Below are positions 13,592 through 20,709 of a stretch of DNA of 41,572 nucleotides, one piece after another; within the stretch, counting starts at the first letter, position 1; the number at the start of each line of letters is the position of its first letter. Source of the stretch: a virus. The DNA is taken from positions 1 to 41,572 of IMG/VR virus record IMGVR_UViG_3300045988_021153; one strand, written 5' to 3'. Below the pieces are notes generated by a model, which searched no databases, was not told the DNA's origin, and saw only the letters and a program-made list of their open reading frames with translations. A program made the translations under genes and the position numbers.

Positions 13592-13936
13592 ATGGGGGAT
13601 CGATATTTGCAAGAGGCAACGGAGATCATTCGCAAGCAGCAGGGCAAGCGCGGGCCAGTTTGGATGTGCGGAGAGCAGCTGCTGGAGATAATCGCGCAGG
13701 ACGAGGACGCGACGAAGCTCGTGCTGGACGATCTGACACACGGCGGGATGAGCCTTGAGAAGTGCGAGAAGAAGATCCGCGAGTTTGCGCGCGGGCACGG
13801 CGGCTGCTGCACGGGGGCAGAGGGTGAGCAGATTATCCGGGAATACTTTGGGCTGCCGGAGACGCGGAAGGCTCCGAATCAGGAGCAGACGGAAAAGCCG
13901 GCGGACGACGTGATCGATCTGGAGGCGTTTTTCTGA
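13592..13936 (+). CDS. PcfK-like / AcrIIA9-family-like protein (tentative)
   Basis: RBS aaggagag. 114 aa. MSLEKCEKKIREFARGHGGCCTGAEGEQIIREYFGLPE matches my memory of the PcfK-like core. Not searched. Confidence 0.45.
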   Translation: MGDRYLQEATEIIRKQQGKRGPVWMCGEQLLEIIAQDEDATKLVLDDLTHGGMSLEKCEKKIREFARGHGGCCTGAEGEQIIREYFGLPETRKAPNQEQTEKPADDVIDLEAFF

Positions 13937-13949
13937 TGGCGGAGCAAAT

Positions 13950-14225
13950 GTGCTACGAGAAGCTGCTGCCAAGCCAGCCGTCAGAGGGCGCGTCGTAGTG
14001 ATCCCATGTAAAGCGGGCGACGCGCTATGGACATTTTGCACACATCCGCGCGGGGAAGTGTACTCTATGACCGTGACTGACGTCAGCACGCTTAATGGGC
14101 GGACAATGCTGAACACATCACGATGCGGCGTTGTAGATGCACGGGATGTCGGCGAAACCGTATTCCTGACCCGCGAGGAAGCCGAGAAGGCTTTGCAGGA
14201 AAGGGAGGGCAGCACAGATGGCTAA
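13950..14225 (+). CDS. Hypothetical protein
   Basis: 91 aa with a GTG start. The C-terminus VFLTREEAEKALQE is typical of small phage proteins. Confidence 0.55.
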   Translation: MLREAAAKPAVRGRVVVIPCKAGDALWTFCTHPRGEVYSMTVTDVSTLNGRTMLNTSRCGVVDARDVGETVFLTREEAEKALQEREGSTDG

Positions 14226-14412
14226 GTCGAAAAAGCTTGGTATGCCCGCCGCCTATACATCGAATGCAAGAGCTGATTTCCTGCGCCGCCCGAAAGCAGC
14301 AGAACATCGGAAATGGGCGGTGGCAAGTGATGATCGTCTGGAACGTATGGAGCAGAAGCGGATGGAACGTGAAAAGGAGGGCAAGAAGGATGGCAACGAA
14401 ACGAATATGTGA
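14218..14412 (+). CDS. Hypothetical basic protein
   Basis: 64 aa. The ATG overlaps the upstream gene. Confidence 0.5.
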   Translation: MAKSKKLGMPAAYTSNARADFLRRPKAAEHRKWAVASDDRLERMEQKRMEREKEGKKDGNETNM

Positions 14413-14575
14413 CCGCTGCGGGGTGGAGATAAACCCCACAAGCTCTGTGACGTATGTAAACGTACGAAGCGCGTTCCATGAGAATTCACCTGATATTGAG
14501 CTTTGCTGCTCCTGCGCAATGAAAATCAAAGAATGGCTTAAGCCACGTGTAGAGGAGGGCAAGAAGGATGGCTGA
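14390..14575 (+). CDS. Zinc-ribbon-like protein
   Basis: The ATG lies in the repeated junction aggagggcaagaaggATGGC. CDRCG...CCSC pairs. Confidence 0.6.
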   Translation: MATKRICDRCGVEINPTSSVTYVNVRSAFHENSPDIELCCSCAMKIKEWLKPRVEEGKKDG

Positions 14576-14819
14576 AACATACTGTACCGCATTTATGGAG
14601 GACTTGCCGCCTGAAAAGCAGGCTGAGGGGCTGGGCGTTCAGGCCGCCGTAGTCCTCGGCGAATGCTTTCGTTGCAAAGACTATGCACGATGCTCAACTG
14701 ATGAAACATTTGTGTTTCCGGCAGAGGCGGCCTGTATGGTACGCAGGGACCGTGTGCTGAGAGATTGGGGCCTGCTGGACGAGGCTGGCGTGGAGGTGCG
14801 GGACGATGGGTCAACATAA
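14568..14819 (+). CDS. Hypothetical protein
   Basis: The second copy of the aggagggcaagaaggATGGC junction supplies the RBS and ATG. 83 aa. Confidence 0.6.
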   Translation: MAETYCTAFMEDLPPEKQAEGLGVQAAVVLGECFRCKDYARCSTDETFVFPAEAACMVRRDRVLRDWGLLDEAGVEVRDDGST

Positions 14820-15006
14820 GCACAACCCGACCGCTATTGCAGCGGCAAAAGGCGAGCTGCCGCCGAAGAAGCGAGAGCGGCAGCTGACCAAGAGGCAGGC
14901 GGAGCGGCTTTTGAAAGCAGAGATCCTGAGTAGATGCACACCACTGATTGCATTGCCGTATGAAATGCAAAGCAGAATCGTAAGAGAGTATATGGCTTAT
15001 GACTGA
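14806..15006 (+). CDS. Hypothetical protein
   Basis: 66 aa, overlapping both neighbours in operon style. Confidence 0.55.
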   Translation: MGQHKHNPTAIAAAKGELPPKKRERQLTKRQAERLLKAEILSRCTPLIALPYEMQSRIVREYMAYD

Positions 15007-15310
15007 TTACATCAGGCGCGAGGATGCGCTATTTGCGTTACGGAAAGCTGAACGTGGTGGAAGCATGACGGCACTAACACGGTTGGAACGTGCGTATGCC
15101 GAAATTCGGGAATTGCCCGCCGCCGACGTTGCGGAGGTGGTGCGGTGTAAGGGCTGCGAATATGCCGAACGGTATGAGCGGACAAACGGGACCGCAGGCT
15201 ATTACTGCGGCCACCCGAAAAACAGATTCACATATGGCGAGCGCTGGGATCGTGTCTTCAAACCGGTAAAAGAGGCGAACGATTTTTGCAGTTACGGGGA
15301 GACAGAATGA
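14999..15310 (+). CDS. Hypothetical Cys-containing protein
   Basis: 103 aa. LPAADVAEVVRCKGCEY...YYCGHP...FCSYGE is a pattern common in Firmicutes phages. Confidence 0.65.
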   Translation: MTDYIRREDALFALRKAERGGSMTALTRLERAYAEIRELPAADVAEVVRCKGCEYAERYERTNGTAGYYCGHPKNRFTYGERWDRVFKPVKEANDFCSYGETE

Positions 15311-15765
15311 GCGGGCTGCGGTTTGAGAGCATGGCGGACATGCCGCCGAGGATGCGGGAGCTTTACGCGAGGCAGGCGCGCGACCTCTCAGGCGCTGCGG
15401 CGCCAGCTCCCCTTGCGAAGGGGAGCCAAGGAAAAACGAAATACGGAAGCCAGAAGGCAGAACGCGGAACGATCCGATTTGACAGCCAGAAGGAGGCGCG
15501 GCGCTACGACGAGCTGATGGTGATGCTGCGCGGCGGGATCATCACAGATCTGCGGCTGCAGCCACAGTTTACATTGCAGGAGAGCTATCTCACGGAGGGC
15601 GGCGAGCGCATCCGCGCGATCCGCTACACGGCCGACTTCTCGTACCGGTTCGGCGGAAAGCTGGTGGTGGAGGATGTCAAAAGCGGGCCGACGCGGACGA
15701 AGGAGTATCTGAGAAACCGGAAAATGATGCGATCCAAGTACGGGATCGATATACAGGAGGTGTGA
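15307..15765 (+). CDS. DUF1064-family protein (putative Holliday-junction resolvase/endonuclease)
   Basis: KYGSQKAERGTIRFDSQKEARRYDELMVMLRGGIITDLRLQPQFTL...IRYTADFSY...VVEDVKSGPT matches the DUF1064 layout. Confidence 0.8.
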   Translation: MSGLRFESMADMPPRMRELYARQARDLSGAAAPAPLAKGSQGKTKYGSQKAERGTIRFDSQKEARRYDELMVMLRGGIITDLRLQPQFTLQESYLTEGGERIRAIRYTADFSYRFGGKLVVEDVKSGPTRTKEYLRNRKMMRSKYGIDIQEV

Positions 15766-15768
15766 GGC

Positions 15769-15975
15769 TTGGCGGAAACAAGGGACCCATGCACGCTGCC
15801 GAAGGACATGCGCTGCTGCGCAGGCGGAGTTGGATACGCTTATGTATGCCACGGATGCGGGTGGATGGCAGCAGAGCAGGAGCGGCGGCACGCGCTGCCG
15901 CTGGTGGAGGACGAGGACGGCCTGCGCCGCAGGCACGTTGGAAATGGCAATCAGCCGGAAGGAAAAGAAAATTGA
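15769..15975 (+). CDS. Possible Cys-rich protein
   Basis: TTG start 10 nt after aggagg. Contains CCAGGVGYAYVCHGCGW. The coding call is weak. Confidence 0.4.
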   Translation: MAETRDPCTLPKDMRCCAGGVGYAYVCHGCGWMAAEQERRHALPLVEDEDGLRRRHVGNGNQPEGKEN

Positions 15976-16096
15976 TGGACTTATGGCCTGCCGCGTTGCC
16001 ATGAGACGGCAGGAAAGGAAACCGGCTTTGCATCCTGCGCACGGTCGTCTGCAAAAGGCCGTGCGCAGGACATCATAACAAAAAGGAGCGGGAAAA

Positions 16097-16318
16097 ATGA
16101 CATTCCAGCGAAAAACCGCTGAACGATTTTTGACGCCGACGGCGGTGAAAATCCGAATCACAAGCCCGGTGGAGCTGCTGCCGGAGCTGTGCCCGACGGT
16201 CGGGGCCGTATATGATGCGGAGCGGTGGCCGTCGTACACATCGCCGGTCGGCGGCTATGTGATCGTAGTCGGCGGGAAGCGGATCAACATACGCAGAAAC
16301 GAATGTATTGAGGTATAG
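16097..16318 (+). CDS. Hypothetical protein
   Basis: RBS aaaaggag. 73 aa. Confidence 0.6.
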   Translation: MTFQRKTAERFLTPTAVKIRITSPVELLPELCPTVGAVYDAERWPSYTSPVGGYVIVVGGKRINIRRNECIEV

Positions 16319-16330
16319 GAGGTAAAAGGC

Positions 16331-16678
16331 ATGGCGCAAATCATGGAACTGTTTTCGGCGGAGCTGGCCGATTTTGTGAAGGCATACGAAAAGGAGTATT
16401 GGCGGGTGGATTTTCACGGGGAGAAATATCCGCCCCGGATCGTGATGGAGCGCGTGGAGCCGCCGCTTTTCATGCAGGGGGATGATGAGGCTCCGGGCGG
16501 GCGCGGCCAGATCCAGATCATCGGGCGGCCGGAGATGCAGGTGGTGACGAGTGGGAAGCTGCAAATCGGGAAAAAAGATCTGACAAAGATGATAAACGGT
16601 GCGGGGAATCTTTTGGAGCTGTTTCTGCACGGGTTTATGCAGGAATGCGATGAGCTGAAAGAAGGCACTGCGCGCTGA
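16331..16678 (+). CDS. Hypothetical protein
   Basis: RBS ataggaggt. 115 aa. Confidence 0.65.
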   Translation: MAQIMELFSAELADFVKAYEKEYWRVDFHGEKYPPRIVMERVEPPLFMQGDDEAPGGRGQIQIIGRPEMQVVTSGKLQIGKKDLTKMINGAGNLLELFLHGFMQECDELKEGTAR

Positions 16679-16680
16679 AC

Positions 16681-16709
16681 GCATGGCAGGAGGTGTCCTG
16701 CCATGCTTT
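16681..16709 (+). terminator. Perfect 10-bp hairpin with a short T-run (terminator/attenuator-like)
   Basis: gcatggcagg-aggtgt-cctgccatgc followed by ttt. Confidence 0.4.
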
Positions 16710-16743
16710 GAACGGGCAGAAAAGAACAAAGGTGGGATACAGC

Positions 16744-17580
16744 ATGCAATTTGAACAGGAATGCCTATTTGATGATAATCCGGAGTACGACGCATTTACA
16801 GAGAAATTCAAGATGAAAAAGACAACGGACGACTGCTACACGCCACCGCTCGTCTATGATGCAATCCGGGATTGGGCGTGCGGCGAGTACGGGATAGATC
16901 CGGAAAGCATTGTGCGGCCATTCTATCCGGGTGGGGACTATGAGCGTTTTGACTATCCGGACGGCTGCGTCGTGCTGGACAACCCGCCTTTTTCAATTCT
17001 TTCAAAAATCTGCGAATTCTACATAGACAGAGGGATTGCGTTCTTTCTTTTTGCGCCATCGCTCACGGCGTTCTCCGGCCGATCAGTTGTGCTGAGGATG
17101 AACCATATCATTTGCGATGCAGACATCACGTATGAAAATGGCGCAGTCGTTCGCACGGCGTTTGTAACAAGTTTCGGAGGAAACATCGCGCAGAGCGCCC
17201 CGACGCTCAGAAAAGCGGTCGAGCGGGCGATGCGGCAAATTAAGGCGGAGACAAAAAAGGAGCTGCCGAAATATACATATCCGGACCATGTGCTGACGGC
17301 AGCCATGCTGCAGAAATATGCTCACTACGATGTAGAGTTTGCGGTTAAGCGCGAGGACTGCACACAGATTGCGAAGCTGGACAGCCAGCGTCCGATGGGG
17401 AAAGCGATTTTCGGCGGAGGCCTACTGCTATCCGAGAAGGCTGCAGCAGAGAAGGCTGCAGCAGAGAAGGCTGCAGCAGAGAAGGCTGCAGCAGAGAAGG
17501 CTGCAGCAGAGAAGACTGCAACACATATATGGGAACTTTCAGAGCGTGAACGAAAAATTGTTGCAAGCTTCGGAAAATAA
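16744..17580 (+). CDS. DNA N6-adenine methyltransferase
   Basis: RBS aaaggtggg. TTDDCYTPPLVYDAI and the catalytic motif IV VVLDNPPFS. Carries the (EKAAA)5 repeat near its C-terminus. Confidence 0.8.
   Translation: MQFEQECLFDDNPEYDAFTEKFKMKKTTDDCYTPPLVYDAIRDWACGEYGIDPESIVRPFYPGGDYERFDYPDGCVVLDNPPFSILSKICEFYIDRGIAFFLFAPSLTAFSGRSVVLRMNHIICDADITYENGAVVRTAFVTSFGGNIAQSAPTLRKAVERAMRQIKAETKKELPKYTYPDHVLTAAMLQKYAHYDVEFAVKREDCTQIAKLDSQRPMGKAIFGGGLLLSEKAAAEKAAAEKAAAEKAAAEKAAAEKTATHIWELSERERKIVASFGK
17434..17523 (+). repeat. 15-bp tandem repeat: GAGAAGGCTGCAGCA x5 plus one degenerate unit
   Basis: Five perfect units (17434..17508) and GAGAAGACTGCAACA (17509..17523). Encodes EKAAA x5. Confidence 0.95.
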
Positions 17581-17598
17581 GACAGGGTGGGGGAAATT

Positions 17599-18378
17599 AT
17601 GGCAAAAAGGCACAAGCGGCGGTTATTTGCCGGGGCGGTATGTACGCAGATCGTTTACAGCGTGGCGGCAGGCGCGGAGCTGAAGACCAGCAGGCCAAGA
17701 AAGCCGCGCTTTGCGAACAAGGCAGAGCGCGCGGAGTTCAATCGCAAGAACTCGGAGCGGAGGTTTGCGGCGCTCGTGAACGCGAACTTCGGGCCGTCGA
17801 GCCTATACTCCACGCTGACGCTGGCGGATGAATATGAGGTACATACTGCGCAGGAGATGCGCAAGATCCGCGACAAGTACTACAGGCGGCTTTGCTACCG
17901 CTTCCCGGAAGCAAAGATCGTGATGGGCTACGGCCGAGGGAAATCGACGAGCCGCTTCCACTTACACATGATCACGGACGGCATTCCGGCCTCTGAGCTC
18001 GCGCGGCTCTGGGGCCTTGGCAGCGTGGCAGAGTCCAAGGCGCTGCGGAAGCACAACTATTATCTGGATAAAAACGGAAGCAAGGTAGACCACGGACAGG
18101 ACTACACGTCGCTTGCGAACTACCTGCACGGGCACTGGCGAGAGGAATTCGGAGGGCACCGCTGGAAAGCAAGCCGAAACTGCGTGAAGCCGGAGGCGGA
18201 GCCAGCGACGGAGGCCGTCCGGGACTACAGCACGGAGCGGCCGCCGGTCGCGCCGCGCGGGTATGTTCTGGTGGAGGCACGCGCGACGCAATACGGCTTC
18301 CTATATTTCAAATATGTATTGGATCCAAAAAGAGAACAAAAAGAGCGGAGCGGGGGCCGCTTACATTACGCCTTGTAA
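17599..18378 (+). CDS. HUH-type rolling-circle replication initiator (Rep)
   Basis: Motif 1 LYSTLTL. Motif 2 RFHLHMI (HUH). Motif 3 DYTSLANYLHGH (catalytic Tyr candidate). Confidence 0.7.
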   Translation: MAKRHKRRLFAGAVCTQIVYSVAAGAELKTSRPRKPRFANKAERAEFNRKNSERRFAALVNANFGPSSLYSTLTLADEYEVHTAQEMRKIRDKYYRRLCYRFPEAKIVMGYGRGKSTSRFHLHMITDGIPASELARLWGLGSVAESKALRKHNYYLDKNGSKVDHGQDYTSLANYLHGHWREEFGGHRWKASRNCVKPEAEPATEAVRDYSTERPPVAPRGYVLVEARATQYGFLYFKYVLDPKREQKERSGGRLHYAL

Positions 18379-18424
18379 ATGTGTAGCGTTTTAGGACGAA
18401 GGGAGAGGGAGGCGAAAGAGGCAC

Positions 18425-18616
18425 TTGCAAAGTGGGAAAAAACGTGGTAATCTGGTTGTGGAAGGTGATCGCGTGGTCTGCCCGGTATGCGGCAGACGCA
18501 CGGCGATCAGGCTGATGGAGTCAACAAGACTCCGGGACTTCCCGCTGTTCTGCAAGAATTGCAGACAGGTAACGATCGTGAATACTGAGCCAGAGCCTAA
18601 GAGCCAGAGCCGATGA
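18425..18616 (+). CDS. Cysteine-rich KTR-domain protein
   Basis: VVCPVCGRRTAIRLMESTRLRDFPLFCKNCRQVTIV matches the CPVCG-KTR...FPLxCxxC pattern. TTG start. Confidence 0.7.
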   Translation: MQSGKKRGNLVVEGDRVVCPVCGRRTAIRLMESTRLRDFPLFCKNCRQVTIVNTEPEPKSQSR

Positions 18617-18680
18617 TCTGTCCGCTGTTGCGGAGGTCGTCGGCTGCTTGTGCATCCGAGGGAAAACTGGATAAGCAAAA

Positions 18681-18718
18681 AGCCGGATCTCCGCGAACGC
18701 GGGGGTCCGGCTTTTTTG
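18681..18718 (+). terminator. Strong intrinsic terminator at the end of the early/replication module
   Basis: agccggatctccgcg-aa-cgcgggggtccggct followed by tttttt. Confidence 0.85.
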
Positions 18719-18847
18719 TTGTTTGATCCAGAGGCTGTGCCGGGCGCGAGCCCGAACGGCATAGGCCATGTTTTTACCTCCTACTGGGCGCGGAGACTGG
18801 GGACCTCCGCGTCTGGCAGAGCCTCTGGAAGAAAGGGGGCGAAGTGC

Positions 18848-19357
18848 CTGAACGAGAAGATTTACAAGAGCGAGCGGGAGCTTCGCTCGGCGGTAGACCG
18901 CTATTTTGCGGCGATCTGCTACAGGGAGCCGGTGACAAGGATGGTGCCGGTGCTGGAGGATCGGGAGTTTATCAAGAACGGGGAACGGATCGTGATGCAG
19001 TGTCCGGCGCTCGACAAGTACGGGCACCAGCAGATGGCCGTGGAGACGGTGATGCGCGGCAAGAAACCGCTGATGCGCGAGGTCTGGACGCGGCCGCCGT
19101 GCCTGCCGGAGATGCTGGCGGCGCTGGGCGTGGACGAAAAGAGATGGGCGCAGATGTGCGCATCGGAGGAGCTTGGCAAAGCGTGCGCGCGCGCAGGGGC
19201 GCGAATCGAGATCTACAACATTCAGCGGCTGGACAGCTCGAACGCGAACGGCGCGAAGTTCCACCTGGAGCGGCGCTTTGGGTGGGACGAGGCGAAGGAC
19301 GGCGGAACGGATGTTGCGTTTGAGCTGCCGGAGGGCGTGGCCGGATGGGAAAAGTAA
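18848..19357 (+). CDS. terS: Terminase small subunit (start codon uncertain, possibly CTG)
   Basis: LNEKIYKSERELRSAVDRYFAAIC...PPCLPEMLAALGV...NANGAKFHLERRFGW is TerS-like. Overlaps the terL start. No in-frame ATG/GTG/TTG lies downstream of the RBS gaaaggggg. Confidence 0.7.
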   Translation: MNEKIYKSERELRSAVDRYFAAICYREPVTRMVPVLEDREFIKNGERIVMQCPALDKYGHQQMAVETVMRGKKPLMREVWTRPPCLPEMLAALGVDEKRWAQMCASEELGKACARAGARIEIYNIQRLDSSNANGAKFHLERRFGWDEAKDGGTDVAFELPEGVAGWEK

Positions 19358-20706
19358 CGATCGATCTCACGCGCATCTCCGACAAGCAGCGCCGGTTTAT
19401 GGAGGCGCAGGCGCGGTATGTGGCATACGGCGGCGCACGAGGCGGCGGAAAGAGCTGGGCCGTGCGGACGAAGGGAAAGCTGCTGGCGCTGAGATGGCCG
19501 GGGATCAAGATCCTGATCGTCCGGCGGACATACCCCGAGCTGCTGAACAACCACATTGAGCAGCTCTGCGCGGAGCTGGCAGGGCTGGCGAAGTATTCGC
19601 AGGTGCGGAAAACGCTGACCTTCCGGAACGGCTCGACGATCCGGTTCGGCTACTGCGCAACGGACAGGGACATTCTGCAATATCAGGGTGCGGAATACGA
19701 CGTGGTATTTATCGACGAGGCCGCGCAGCTCAAGAAGGAATGGCTCGACGCCATTGACACAACGGTGCGCGGCACGAATGGATTCCCGAAGCGCACCTAC
19801 TACACGCTCAATCCGGGAGGTCAGAGCCACGGATACTTCAAGCGGCTATTCATCGATCGTCTGTTCGAGAAGGATGAAAAACCGGAGAACTACACGTTCA
19901 TCCAGGCGCTTGTCACCGACAACAAGGCACTCATGGAGGCGCAGCCGGAGTATTTGCAGACGCTGCAAAAGCTGCCGGGAAAGCTGCGGCAGGCATGGCT
20001 TGAGGGCAGATGGGATATCTACGAGGGGCAGTTCTTCGAGGATTTTATAAACAACCCGGAGGGCTACCGGACGCGGCAGAACACGCACGTGATCGAGCCG
20101 TTCACGCCGGATCCGGGCTGGACGATCTGCCGGAGCTACGACTTCGGCTACGGAAAACCGTTCTCCTGCGCGTGGTGGGCGGTGGACTACGACGGCGTGA
20201 TCTATCGCATACTGGAGCTTTACGGCTGCACGGATGAGCCGAACACGGGAATCAAGTGGTCGCCGGACGAGCAGTTTGCACGGATCGCACAGATGGAGCG
20301 CGAGCACCCGTGGCTCGCTGGAAAGCAGATCCGCGGCGTCGCGGACCCGTCGATCTGGGACGCCTCGCGCGGTGAGAGCGTGGCGCAGACGGCGGCGAGA
20401 TACCGCGTTTACTTCACGCCCGGCGACAACAAGCGCATACCGGGCTGGATGCAGTGCCACTACCGGCTCCAGTTCGATGAGAACGGCTACCCGCGCATGT
20501 ATGTATTCAGCACCTGCAAGGCGTTCATCCGGACGATCCCGCTGCTGGTGTACGATGCGCACAAGCCGGAGGACCTGGACACGAGCATGGAAGATCATTG
20601 CGCGGATGAGTGGCGGTATTTCTGCATGTCAAGGCCGATCAAGCCGATGATCGCGGCGCCGGCCAAGCCGCAGTGGATCGATCCGCTGAACATGATGGGA
20701 GGATGA
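19345..20706 (+). CDS. terL: Terminase large subunit
   Basis: 453 aa. Walker A YGGARGGGKSW, VVFIDEA, and a C-terminal nuclease region. Confidence 0.95.
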   Translation: MGKVTIDLTRISDKQRRFMEAQARYVAYGGARGGGKSWAVRTKGKLLALRWPGIKILIVRRTYPELLNNHIEQLCAELAGLAKYSQVRKTLTFRNGSTIRFGYCATDRDILQYQGAEYDVVFIDEAAQLKKEWLDAIDTTVRGTNGFPKRTYYTLNPGGQSHGYFKRLFIDRLFEKDEKPENYTFIQALVTDNKALMEAQPEYLQTLQKLPGKLRQAWLEGRWDIYEGQFFEDFINNPEGYRTRQNTHVIEPFTPDPGWTICRSYDFGYGKPFSCAWWAVDYDGVIYRILELYGCTDEPNTGIKWSPDEQFARIAQMEREHPWLAGKQIRGVADPSIWDASRGESVAQTAARYRVYFTPGDNKRIPGWMQCHYRLQFDENGYPRMYVFSTCKAFIRTIPLLVYDAHKPEDLDTSMEDHCADEWRYFCMSRPIKPMIAAPAKPQWIDPLNMMGG

Positions 20707-20709
20707 GAT

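Noticed and set aside
17434-17523. Regular short repeats that might be taken for a CRISPR-like array.
   Set aside because: The units are 15 bp, directly abutting with no spacers, and in frame within a methyltransferase gene. This is a coding tandem repeat, not a CRISPR array.
18521-18769. Minus-strand ORF preceded by an apparently perfect RBS (aggaggtaaaaacATG).
   Set aside because: It runs through the strong plus-strand terminator and overlaps the KTR gene. The product (MAYAVRARARHSLWIKQQKSRTPAF...) looks like a GC shadow frame, so the RBS-like motif is probably coincidental.
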